DNA from: a virus
IMG/VR virus record: IMGVR_UViG_3300035436_000036
DNA: 64,000 bases
Direction: 5' to 3' (one strand)
Shown here: positions 28,688 to 36,381 of the stretch, piece after piece
Numbering within the stretch: position 1 is the stretch's first letter
How the letters are laid out: every line of letters starts with the position of its first letter
The notes under the pieces: model-generated
Database searches by the model: none
What the model was told of the DNA's origin: nothing
The model's input: only the letters and a program-made list of their open reading frames with translations
Program-made: the position numbers and the translations under genes

Positions 28688-29836
28688 ATGAACTACGAAT
28701 TTCCTACCATCCGAAACATCTCTGATGTACTGCCTGCTATCGAAGGTCGCGACGAATTCGTTGTGGCTGTCAAGGAAGGTTACACTGTCATCAATTACAA
28801 TGTGATGATGGCTGATACGTTCGACTGTGACATTCGTCGCGAGTGTCGTGGTATCATCTTCGATACTGAGTCGGGTGAGATCCTTCGTCGTCCGTACCAC
28901 AAGTTCTTCAACGTCAACGAGCGTGAAGAGACTCAGGACAATGTAGTCGATCTGTCGCAGTCACATGCTATCCTCGAGAAGCTTGATGGCTCGATGATCG
29001 CTCCGTTCATTGTGAATGGTCAAATGATCTGGGGTACGAAGATGGGTGCTACTGAGGTGGCAGAGCCTGTCGAGGACTTCGTCGAGCTCAACGAAGAGTA
29101 TCGTATATTTGCGCGGTTTACAATCCGCCGTGGATATACTCCTATCTTCGAATGGTGTTCGCGCAAGCAGCGCATCGTTCTTGATTATAAAGAAGATCAG
29201 CTTATTCTGACTGGTATTCGTGATCTTACGACTGGTCGATATATGTCCCACGATCTTATGGTAGCGCATGCCGAAGCATATCGTATTCCTACGGTTCGTA
29301 CGTTTGAACCTGAAACTGATATGAAGGCTTTCGTTGAAACTGTTCGTGATCTAGAAGATCGCGAAGGCTTTGTTGTTCGTTTCTCTGATGGTCATATGTT
29401 GAAGCTCAAGTGCGATTGGTATGTTCAGATCCACAAGGCCAAGGAAAAGATCCTTCAAGATCGTAACATCGTTGAGTTGATTCTTGATGATAAGCTCGAT
29501 GACGTGAAGGCTCACTTGCCTCAGGAAGATCGTGATCGGTTAACTGTGTTTGAGGATGACTTCAATTGGTCGCTTGCTGATACGGTTTTCATGTTAGATA
29601 ATGATCTTAGCTGGATACGCGAACAAGATATTGATCGTAAGACGTTTGCTCTCGAGCATGCTGGAAGGTACGATCAGTATATGCGAGCACTGATCTTCAA
29701 GAACTTTGAAGAACTTGGCCACCCAAAGCTTTGGACTGATGTTCGTAACACGATTCGTAACAACCTGACCAAGACTGTAAAGTACGAAGCAATTCGTGAT
29801 GCTTGGTTTCCTGGAGTGATTTACAATGAAGTCTAA
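28688..29836 (+). CDS. rnlA: RNA ligase 1 (T4 RnlA-like)
   Basis: Nucleotidyltransferase motif I EKLDGSMIAPF (T4 Rnl1 KEDGSLVST); 382 aa vs 374 aa for T4 RnlA. Confidence 0.7.
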   Translation: MNYEFPTIRNISDVLPAIEGRDEFVVAVKEGYTVINYNVMMADTFDCDIRRECRGIIFDTESGEILRRPYHKFFNVNEREETQDNVVDLSQSHAILEKLDGSMIAPFIVNGQMIWGTKMGATEVAEPVEDFVELNEEYRIFARFTIRRGYTPIFEWCSRKQRIVLDYKEDQLILTGIRDLTTGRYMSHDLMVAHAEAYRIPTVRTFEPETDMKAFVETVRDLEDREGFVVRFSDGHMLKLKCDWYVQIHKAKEKILQDRNIVELILDDKLDDVKAHLPQEDRDRLTVFEDDFNWSLADTVFMLDNDLSWIREQDIDRKTFALEHAGRYDQYMRALIFKNFEELGHPKLWTDVRNTIRNNLTKTVKYEAIRDAWFPGVIYNEV

Positions 29837-30044
29837 GTTTATTGCTCAAGAGATCGAACAATTAGTCACCACCTATATGACAGAGATTGGTCTTCAGACT
29901 TATTTCCGTAAGCCGCATGAAATGTTGCAAACTGACCAACGGTGGAAGATTCAAAAGATTGAAGCTCTTTGTCGGGAACTTCAAAAAAAGGTTCAGTCGC
30001 TCAGTGCAGACCTTATAAAGGAATTGGATAAAAAAGATGCCTAA
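29826..30044 (+). CDS. Hypothetical protein (72 aa)
   Basis: ORF. Confidence 0.4.
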   Translation: MKSKFIAQEIEQLVTTYMTEIGLQTYFRKPHEMLQTDQRWKIQKIEALCRELQKKVQSLSADLIKELDKKDA

Positions 30045-30519
30045 GTGTATTATTCTCGTTGGTGTTCCTGCATCTGGTAAGTCTACTTGGCACCGCAACA
30101 AGTTTGGTGAGTATCCGCCGGCTGTGGCGTCAACAGATAAAATAATCGAAGCAGTAGCTAGCAGCTACGGTATGACATATGATGAAGGATTCAAGGGACT
30201 GATTCAGTTTGCCGAACAGATAATGTGGAGGCAAATTACTACATGTCTGATGCGTGGATCTGACTTTATTATTGATCGCACTAACCTGTCGGTGAAGTCT
30301 CGTAAGAAGTTTATCGATAAGCTCAAGCTGCATCGCTACGAGATCGAGTGTGTAGTCTTCCCGATGCCTGGTAGTGACGAGCTGTCATCAGATGAGTGGA
30401 ATCGTCGCCTGAACTCGCGTCGAGGTAAGACTATCCCAGGCTACATCCTCTCGTCGATGATTGAGCATTATGAGCCACCTACGCTTGCAGAAGGTTTTTC
30501 GAAGATCACGATCATTTAG
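30037..30519 (+). CDS. Polynucleotide 5'-kinase (T4 Pnk kinase domain only)
   Basis: [21 protein letters not shown] vs T4 Pnk [29 protein letters not shown] vs ISDTNLN; ends with RRG like T4 SKRG; no fused phosphatase domain. Confidence 0.75.
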   Translation: [160 protein letters not shown]

Positions 30520-30522
30520 TTG

Positions 30523-30560
30523 TTGACCTTTTTGTGAAAATGTCCGATAAGGATATATCA
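30523..30560 (+). promoter_or_regulatory. Early promoter cassette copy
   Basis: GTTGACCTTTTTGTGAAAATGTCCGATAAGGATATATC + conserved leader CAAGAGTGAAAAGGAAG. Confidence 0.6.
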
Positions 30561-30582
30561 AGAGTGAAAAGGAAGATTGGTT

Positions 30583-30801
30583 ATGAAATACGATTTTGAA
30601 CAAGTTGCTGACGCTTTCGCGTTTCTCGACACTCTTCGTGAGTTTGGTAGCGTCAATATGTTTGGTGCTGCAACCTACGTAGCAGAAGAACTGGGTCACG
30701 ATAAAGCGACCTCACGTGAACTCGTCTCAATGTGGATGAAGTCGTTTGATGGTGAAGTGACCGCCGAAGATCGCGCGCGGTCGTTTGGAGAAATGGTGTG
30801 A
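30583..30801 (+). CDS. Hypothetical protein (73 aa)
   Basis: ATG after conserved leader. Confidence 0.4.
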   Translation: MKYDFEQVADAFAFLDTLREFGSVNMFGAATYVAEELGHDKATSRELVSMWMKSFDGEVTAEDRARSFGEMV

Positions 30802-31421
30802 CTAGATTCGTAAACAGGTTCGTTATCTCTGACCATCACCTTGGTCATACGAACTCGTGGGAAAAGTTCAAGCTAGAGGATGGTAGTCCTCTCCGTCCGT
30901 TCTCCTCTAACGAGGAAATGAACGAGACTATGATCGAGCGTCACAACGCTAAGGTCAAGGAGCAGGACACTGTCTACTTCCTGGGGGATGTTGTCATCAA
31001 CAAGAAGTATCTCGAGCTGGTGAAGCGGATGAACGGTCGTAAGATCCTCGTTCGTGGCAACCACGACATCTTCGGAGACGAGCTCTACTACGATGCAGGG
31101 TTCGAGCAGATCCATGGTGTTCGTGTGTTCGTGGATAAGTTCATCCTGAGCCATATCCCTCTACATCCTGATTGTGTGACAGAACGGTTCCGTGTCAACG
31201 TACACGGCCATCTTCATGCGAACCAGGTTATGAGCTGGCAGATCATTGATGAAGATCCGGTGTACAAGCCTGATCCTCGTTACCTTTGTGTATGTGTCGA
31301 GCAGACTAACTTTACGCCTTTGCATTTTGATGAGGTCGAGAAATTGATTCAACAGCGTTGGAAAGATTCAGAATACGAAGGGCCGGTGAAGGCCTGGGGA
31401 AATGGAAGTGGACCTAACTAA
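30798..31421 (+). CDS. Calcineurin-like metallophosphoesterase (candidate RNA 2',3'-phosphatase, Pnkp-type)
   Basis: Motifs SDHHLGH, GDVV, RGNHD, SHIP, GHLH. Confidence 0.7.
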   Translation: MTRFVNRFVISDHHLGHTNSWEKFKLEDGSPLRPFSSNEEMNETMIERHNAKVKEQDTVYFLGDVVINKKYLELVKRMNGRKILVRGNHDIFGDELYYDAGFEQIHGVRVFVDKFILSHIPLHPDCVTERFRVNVHGHLHANQVMSWQIIDEDPVYKPDPRYLCVCVEQTNFTPLHFDEVEKLIQQRWKDSEYEGPVKAWGNGSGPN

Positions 31422-31597
31422 TGAGTAAAATGATTTTAAGTTTTCTTATACTGTTTGCATTGGCGTTCGTCGGTGTGAAATTCTTTGTTGCTGCAACTGG
31501 TAGAGAAAAAATTCAGTTGATTAAATCACTGGGTTATAGTATGGTAATAACAGTAGTGGTGATGTCCATCATTGCTGGTATCGTTATCTTGTTTTAA
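31421..31597 (+). CDS. Small membrane protein (58 aa, two TM segments)
   Basis: ORF not in track; ATGA overlap with previous gene; hydrophobic. Confidence 0.3.
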   Translation: MSKMILSFLILFALAFVGVKFFVAATGREKIQLIKSLGYSMVITVVVMSIIAGIVILF

Positions 31598-31609
31598 AGG
31601 AAGTATATT

Positions 31610-32407
31610 ATGAATCGTATTGCAAAAGCTGCCGTCCTCGTTGGTCTGATGGCCACTGCTTCGGCTTGTACTCGTATCGAAACTGGTGAAGTTGGTGTTC
31701 GTCGTTCGTTCGACAAGACCATTGAAACTACAGAGCTGATGCCTGGATCTGTTAACCAGACTATGTTTGGTGATGTTATGACCTTCCCAACGAAGGACGT
31801 TCAGGTTGACGTATCGGACTTGACCCCTTTGGCGTCAGACAATTCGACAGTCGCTGACTTCGATATGGCTGTCATCTACTCGATCAATCCTGGTTCGGTT
31901 GCCGAACTGTATATCGAGAAGAACCGTGGCTTCCATGCCGAGACCGAAGAAGGTGATACTCTGTTGATGTATAACTACATTCGTCAGCTTGGTCGTAACG
32001 CTGCCTACAAGGTTGCACGTAAGTACGAGTCGTTGAAGATGGCTGACAACCGTGCAGAGATCGAACAGCTCGTTCGTCAAGAGATTGTCAACCAACTTGC
32101 TTCTGAGAAGCTTGATGGATCGATTGCAATCTCGCAGGTTCTGGTTCGTCAGATCAAGCCTGCAGCGAACATTGTAGCCTCGGCCAACCAGCTGGTGCAA
32201 GCGCAGAATGCTGAAAAGCAGAAGCAAGTAGAAGTTCGTACAGCGAAGTTGGAAGCAGAACGTATTGCTGCTCTTAACGCCAACGCTGGTGCAACGAAGT
32301 ACATGGAAGCAACTGCTCTCGTGACTATCGCAGAAGCTGTTAAGGAAGGCAAGGTCTCGACGATCATCGTTCCTTACGACTTCAAGGGAATTGTCAACGT
32401 AAAATAA
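31610..32407 (+). CDS. SPFH/band-7 (prohibitin/HflK-like) lipoprotein
   Basis: Lipobox ...TASAC; IETGEVGVRRSF SPFH start; Ala/Glu/Gln coiled-coil tail. Confidence 0.65.
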   Translation: MNRIAKAAVLVGLMATASACTRIETGEVGVRRSFDKTIETTELMPGSVNQTMFGDVMTFPTKDVQVDVSDLTPLASDNSTVADFDMAVIYSINPGSVAELYIEKNRGFHAETEEGDTLLMYNYIRQLGRNAAYKVARKYESLKMADNRAEIEQLVRQEIVNQLASEKLDGSIAISQVLVRQIKPAANIVASANQLVQAQNAEKQKQVEVRTAKLEAERIAALNANAGATKYMEATALVTIAEAVKEGKVSTIIVPYDFKGIVNVK

Positions 32408-32409
32408 AT

Positions 32410-32438
32410 GTTGACTTAAATTGGAAAAAGAGTATAAA
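32410..32438 (+). promoter_or_regulatory. Promoter for tRNA cluster 2 (TTGACT N17 TATAAA)
   Basis: ~10 nt upstream of tRNA-Asp 5' end. Confidence 0.6.
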
Positions 32439-32447
32439 TAAAACTCT

Positions 32448-32523
32448 GGACTCGTAGCTCAATTGGGAGAGCACCGCACTGTCACTGCGGAGGTAGTGGG
32501 ATCGAAACCCATCGAGTTCGCCA
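32448..32523 (+). tRNA. tRNA-Asp (GTC)
   Basis: Cloverleaf by eye. Confidence 0.7.
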
Positions 32524-32529
32524 GTTTGT

Positions 32530-32604
32530 GTCGGTGTGATGTTAATGGTAGCATGACGGTCTCCAAAACCGTTCGTCAAGGTTCGAATCCTTGCACCGAT
32601 GCCA
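32530..32604 (+). tRNA. tRNA-Trp (CCA)
   Basis: Cloverleaf by eye. Confidence 0.65.
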
Positions 32605-32629
32605 GACTTGTTCTTTCTCATTGTTGTTC

Positions 32630-32705
32630 GCGTCTGTAGCTCAGTTGGCAGAGCACTCCCCTGATAAGGGAGAGGTCGCAGGGTCAGGACCTGCCAGACG
32701 CACCA
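32630..32705 (+). tRNA. tRNA-Ile (GAT)
   Basis: Cloverleaf by eye; atypical T-loop GTCAGGA. Confidence 0.6.
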
Positions 32706-32761
32706 TTATGGGGTTGCTACCTAATAAGCACGCGAGGGGCCACGGTTAGCTCCTCAACATT

Positions 32762-32851
32762 GGAAGCGTGTCAGAGTGGTCGATTGATCTGGTCTTGAAA
32801 ACCAGCGTAGGCGCGAGTCTACCGTGGGTTCGAATCCCACCGCTTCCTCCA
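32762..32851 (+). tRNA. tRNA-Ser (TGA), type II
   Basis: Long variable arm, T-loop TTCGAAT. Confidence 0.7.
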
Positions 32852-32852
32852 T

Positions 32853-32927
32853 GCGGACGTAGCTCAGTGGTAGAGCTTCTCGTTGCCAACGAGAAGGTCG
32901 TGGGTTCGAATCCCATCGTCCGCTCCA
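32853..32927 (+). tRNA. tRNA-Gly (GCC)
   Basis: Cloverleaf by eye. Confidence 0.7.
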
Positions 32928-32929
32928 AT

Positions 32930-33004
32930 GGCCCGGTCGTCTAATGGCTAGGACACCGCTCTTTCACAGCGGAGAAGAGGGATCGAAACCCTTTCGGGCT
33001 ACCA
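32930..33004 (+). tRNA. tRNA-Glu (TTC)
   Basis: Cloverleaf by eye. Confidence 0.65.
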
Positions 33005-33010
33005 GATTTA

Positions 33011-33098
33011 GGAACGTGGGCAGGACGGTAATGCAACGCACTGCTAATGCGTACAACCTGTAATGGGTTGACAGGGTTCGACTCCCTGACGTTCCGCC
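33011..33098 (+). tRNA. tRNA-Ser (GCT), type II
   Basis: Long variable arm, T-loop TTCGACT. Confidence 0.7.
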
Positions 33099-33269
33099 AA
33101 GTTTATGGAGTCGTGAACACGGTAATGGTCGATCGCAGCGTACAGGGGTGTTCGGGGGCGATTGGCAACTCCGCCAAGATGAGGGAAACGCTAGGGCAAT
33201 GTCAGACGGTGCCTGCGTAGCGGGTGTCGTGAGGTGCTGGGTAACCGGCGGGGTCTGACACGAGTTTAT
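33099..33269 (+). ncRNA. Unassigned structured RNA segment inside tRNA operon (possible stable small RNA like T4 species 1/2 RNAs, or degenerate tRNAs)
   Basis: ~170 nt between tRNA-Ser and tRNA-His; GTCAGAC...GTCTGAC inverted repeat; both halves start with AGTTTATGG like tRNA leaders; no convincing cloverleaf. Confidence 0.3.
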
Positions 33270-33345
33270 GGTGGTCGAGGTGTTAATGGATACATGCTGG
33301 ATTGTGAATCCGGAGTTGCGGGCTCGATACCCGTCGATCACCCCA
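33270..33345 (+). tRNA. tRNA-His (GTG) with G-1
   Basis: Extra 5' G paired to discriminator C; T-loop CTCGATA. Confidence 0.65.
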
Positions 33346-33346
33346 T

Positions 33347-33422
33347 GGGGATATAGTCCAACGGCAGAGACAGGGCACTTAAAATGCCTCCAGCGTGAGT
33401 TCGAATCTCACTATCCCTACCA
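33347..33422 (+). tRNA. tRNA-like, anticodon TAA, with short (type I) variable arm
   Basis: Good acceptor/T arms (GTGAG TTCGAAT CTCAC), anticodon loop CTTAAAA; UAA normally belongs to type II tRNA-Leu. Confidence 0.5.
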
Positions 33423-33531
33423 GAATTTAGTAGACAGTGGGGCCTTCAGAAATGATTGCTACTAATAGCTCACCTTAATGGTCGGTACACCACGGTAAGG
33501 AGCAACCCACCAAACTTTTTTAAAATAACTG

Positions 33532-33570
33532 TTGCCTTTTTCGAAAATATGTCCTATAAGGATATATAAG
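33532..33570 (+). promoter_or_regulatory. Early promoter cassette copy (TTGCCT variant)
   Basis: ACTGTTGCCTTTTTCGAAAATATGTCCTATAAGGATATATAAG. Confidence 0.5.
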
Positions 33571-33591
33571 ATGAAGAAAAAGGAATTGGTT

Positions 33592-33795
33592 ATGGAAGTT
33601 TTTGTTTTGATGGGTGCGATGGATCACGATGCACATTACGTTCTTGGTGTTTATGCTTCTGAACAAGAAGCTGTAGATGCCTTGGGTGTTTACCTTCGTG
33701 ACCTTGATGAATCTTGGCATGATCGTTATTATGTTGATCGCCGTGTGCTCGGTGCACATGCGGAATACGATTCCGATCCTTTTCGACATCTGTAA
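33592..33795 (+). CDS. Hypothetical protein (67 aa) between tRNA clusters
   Basis: ATG after AAAAAGGAATTGGTT leader (same pattern as 30583 gene). Confidence 0.4.
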   Translation: MEVFVLMGAMDHDAHYVLGVYASEQEAVDALGVYLRDLDESWHDRYYVDRRVLGAHAEYDSDPFRHL

Positions 33796-33802
33796 GTTTA
33801 AT

Positions 33803-33878
33803 GGACGATTAGCTCAGTCGGTAGAGCGCGGGACTCTTAATCCTTAGGTCATAGGTTCGAATCCTATATCGTCTACCA
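33803..33878 (+). tRNA. tRNA-Lys (CTT)
   Basis: Cloverleaf by eye. Confidence 0.65.
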
Positions 33879-34093
33879 AGTTCTATGTTGGGTATCACAT
33901 AGGTGTGTCCTGAGGGAGTCATGACCCAAGGGAGAATGGAGAAAATCTCATATAGGATGCATAATGCATAACCATCTTATGATTATGAGAGGATGCGATA
34001 ATCCCCGCCCGACGCCAAATTATCCGTACCATTTTATAGGAGGTTGTATATGTCACTGCGGGAAGCAAGAAGCTAGGTAAAAATTTTAAAAAG

Positions 34094-34357
34094 ATGATTA
34101 CTCTGTATGAGTATTTCGGTAAAGAGTGTGGTGGTCTAGATTGGAGCGATAGTGCTCTCTATGATCTATACGTATTCGAGTCTACTGGTAAAGGTAGCAT
34201 AAAGCCGAATAACGGATATGCATATGGCAAACACACTATAGATATAACAATCTCTATGTGGAAAGAGGACTTAGATAAGACCCTCTGGCTACATGAATTA
34301 TATCAAGATCCTAACCTACCAGATTGGTGGTTGGATAAAGTTTTTAAGGGTCGGTAA
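34094..34357 (+). CDS. Hypothetical protein (87 aa)
   Basis: ORF between tRNAs; W-rich C-terminus. Confidence 0.4.
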   Translation: MITLYEYFGKECGGLDWSDSALYDLYVFESTGKGSIKPNNGYAYGKHTIDITISMWKEDLDKTLWLHELYQDPNLPDWWLDKVFKGR

Positions 34358-34432
34358 AGCCGGTGGCTCCGGCAGTCAGACTGTAAATCTGATCCGTTCG
34401 CGGGGGAGGATCGATACCTCACTGACCCACCA
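34348..34432 (+). tRNA. tRNA-Tyr (GTA), type II
   Basis: Anticodon stem TCAGA/TCTGA, loop CTGTAAA, long variable arm; 5' end overlaps stop of upstream ORF. Confidence 0.6.
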
Positions 34433-34440
34433 AGTTTTAA

Positions 34441-34516
34441 TGCCCTTTGGTGTAATTGGCAACACGTCTGATTTTGATTCAGAAGAGTCCAGGTTCGAGC
34501 CCTGGGAGGGCATCCA
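34441..34516 (+). tRNA. tRNA-Gln (TTG)
   Basis: Cloverleaf by eye. Confidence 0.7.
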
Positions 34517-34525
34517 AAAATAAAT

Positions 34526-34558
34526 GTTGACTTATATCTAAAAATGAGATATATAATA
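34526..34558 (+). promoter_or_regulatory. Promoter internal to tRNA cluster 3 (TTGACT ... TATATAAT)
   Basis: Upstream of tRNA-Pro. Confidence 0.5.
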
Positions 34559-34567
34559 TACTAGTAA

Positions 34568-34643
34568 CGGGAAGTAGCTCAGGTGGGAGAGCGCGTGGTT
34601 TGGGACCACGAGGTCGCAGGTTCGAGCCCTGTCTTCCCGACCA
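34568..34643 (+). tRNA. tRNA-Pro (TGG)
   Basis: Cloverleaf by eye. Confidence 0.7.
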
Positions 34644-34647
34644 TTTT

Positions 34648-34723
<76 letters not shown>

Positions 34724-34730
34724 GAATAAA

Positions 34731-34804
34731 GCGGGCTTGGCGTAGAGATAACGTACCTGGCTTCCACCCAGGGGTCAAGGGTTTGATTCCCTTAGTCCGC
34801 ACCA
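34731..34804 (+). tRNA. tRNA-Gly (TCC)
   Basis: Cloverleaf by eye. Confidence 0.7.
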
Positions 34805-34810
34805 GAATAC

Positions 34811-34885
34811 GGCACAGTAGCTCAGTGGTAGAGCGACGGTCTCATACGCCGTCAGCCGGTGGTTCGAATCCATCCTGTGTCACCA
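34811..34885 (+). tRNA. tRNA-Met/Ile2 (CAT), second copy
   Basis: Cloverleaf by eye. Confidence 0.7.
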
Positions 34886-35033
34886 TTTAGGAATGTGAAT
34901 ATGAGAAGCGAGTCTGCAGAATGTGTGATGTATGTACCCGACACTCCTTTAAACAGGGCTGCGTTTACAGACGAAACGGTTTTGGCAGAGATATATAAAG
35001 TTTCGAATATTAAAATTGTGTTTAAAGATAATG

Positions 35034-35108
35034 GGGGATTAGCTCAGTTGGGAGAGCGATTGCTTTGCAAGCAATAGGTCAACGGTTCGATCCCGTTATC
35101 CTCCACCA
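35034..35108 (+). tRNA. tRNA-Ala (TGC)
   Basis: Cloverleaf by eye; G3-U70 present (GGGGGAT...ATCCTCC). Confidence 0.7.
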
Positions 35109-35397
35109 AGTTTTGTAGCGCCTAAGGCATAGCCCGAAGGATAACCAAAGGTTCACCGTATTGGGGGCTCGCTACAAAAAAATATAGACCACCTCGGCTG
35201 AACCCGTGAAGTGATAAAGACATTGTTGCAACATTGTTTTTATCTGGGAAGATTGCAACGTCCGGAAGTAAGCAATCAAGGCACACTGTAGGTGGTCACT
35301 CACATTGACTCCGACCTCTGGTTTTAAGTCCCGACCTGAAATGACAGGCGGTAACATATGTGTCCTAGGAAACGCATTTGTTTGGGAGTTTTTATTT

Positions 35398-35473
35398 GCC
35401 TTTGTAGCTCAGTTGGTAGAGCAGTGGATTGAAGATCCACGTGTCGGGGGTTCGACTCCCTCCAAAGGCACCA
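35398..35473 (+). tRNA. tRNA-Phe (GAA)
   Basis: Cloverleaf by eye. Confidence 0.7.
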
Positions 35474-35592
35474 CAAGTTTGGGACTAAGCGGTGTGAATA
35501 GGGAACCCGCTGAATATGGACTGCTAGTAAAACTGTTAAAACTCACCTATGAGAAGCAAGGCATAAGATCCCAAAACATTATGCTCCAATGG

Positions 35593-35675
35593 TGGAATGG
35601 TAGACACGCTAGTCTTAGGAACTAGTGCCTAGTGCGTGGGGGTTCGAGTCCCTCTTGGAGTACCAAGTTTAATGC
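35593..35675 (+). tRNA. tRNA-Leu (TAG), type II
   Basis: Long variable arm, discriminator A. Confidence 0.7.
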
Positions 35676-35683
35676 CGGATTAG

Positions 35684-35758
35684 CTCAGTGGTAGAGCGCC
35701 TCGTTTACACCGAGGATGTCGGGAGTTCGACCCTCTCATCCGGTACCACGCCCTCGTA
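35684..35758 (+). tRNA. tRNA-Val (TAC)
   Basis: Cloverleaf by eye. Confidence 0.7.
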
Positions 35759-35759
35759 G

Positions 35760-35836
35760 CTCAACTGGATAGAGCTCTTGATTACGAATCAAAAGGTTGC
35801 AGGCTCGAATCCTGCCGAGGGCACCAATTAACTGTT
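35760..35836 (+). tRNA. tRNA-Arg (ACG)
   Basis: Cloverleaf by eye. Confidence 0.65.
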
Positions 35837-35844
35837 GACATTAA

Positions 35845-35873
35845 CAGCTATAAGTACTATAAAGAATTATGAA
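35845..35873 (+). promoter_or_regulatory. Promoter (TTGACA N17 TATAAA) upstream of tRNA-Asn
   Basis: sigma70-like spacing. Confidence 0.5.
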
Positions 35874-35879
35874 GTTTAT

Positions 35880-35954
35880 TCCCCAGTAGCTCAGTGGTAG
35901 AGCAGGTGACTGTTAATCACCTGGCCGGTGGTTCGAACCCATCCTGGGGAGCCA
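35880..35954 (+). tRNA. tRNA-Asn (GTT)
   Basis: Cloverleaf by eye. Confidence 0.7.
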
Positions 35955-36381
35955 ATTTCAGTTAAGCAGTACCGTCTGCTGAACCAACGTATATACCCTA
36001 ACAGATTATACGTTGTAAACAAAACGGATGAAGGAAGTTCCTGTGGCGACCAAGCGATTGGGGGAAGATAGGAACGTAAAGAGCGAAATTACCGACTGTA
36101 GCGAGTCGACACCTCAGTAGCCTTCTTATTACTAACACCGCCGCCCGTATGGTGTATAACAATCCCGGGCCTAGTTTCGATATCGGCCTCGACGGAGGCT
36201 GTAAGAAGTGTGACTGAATAATCCCCTTGTCAGTGGGGATAAAGTAGACTCGGGGATTGGTCTCCCGCTCAACCGGCAAACGAGTCGTAGGCTGAGATTA
36301 CAGACTGTAATTGACTGGGCCTTGGAGGTATAACTGAATCCTCCCACTTCGCTTTTATAGATATTATGTTAGGAGATTATT
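35955..36381 (+). ncRNA. ~425-nt non-coding, comparatively GC-rich region downstream of tRNA array (candidate structured RNA)
   Basis: No credible ORF on either strand (only a 93-aa antisense ORF of poor composition); multiple local inverted repeats (e.g. CAGTGGGGATAAAG...GGGATTGGTCTCCC, CACCGCCGCCCGTATGGTG). Confidence 0.25.

Noticed and set aside
32746-33341. Minus-strand ORFs 32746-32928 and 32964-33341 (60 and 125 aa)
   Set aside because: They lie entirely across tRNA-Ser/Gly/Glu/Ser/His genes; proline/arginine-rich translation typical of reading structured RNA; spurious
33423-33531. Possible additional tRNA ending in ...ACCCACCA
   Set aside because: No T-arm (TTCGA) and no complementary 5' acceptor strand could be found; only short hairpins (TAGTAG...CTACTA, CCTTA...TAAGG); treated as spacer
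35305-35625. ORF 35305-35625 (+) and 35172-35357 (-)
   Set aside because: Run through tRNA-Phe and intergenic structured RNA; no RBS; spurious
35998-36279. Minus-strand 93-aa ORF in the 425-nt gene-free region
   Set aside because: Opposite to all neighbouring transcription, no RBS or promoter, Arg/Leu-rich low-complexity; more likely non-coding; tmRNA was also considered but there is no tRNA-like 3' end (no TTCGAAT T-arm + CCA)
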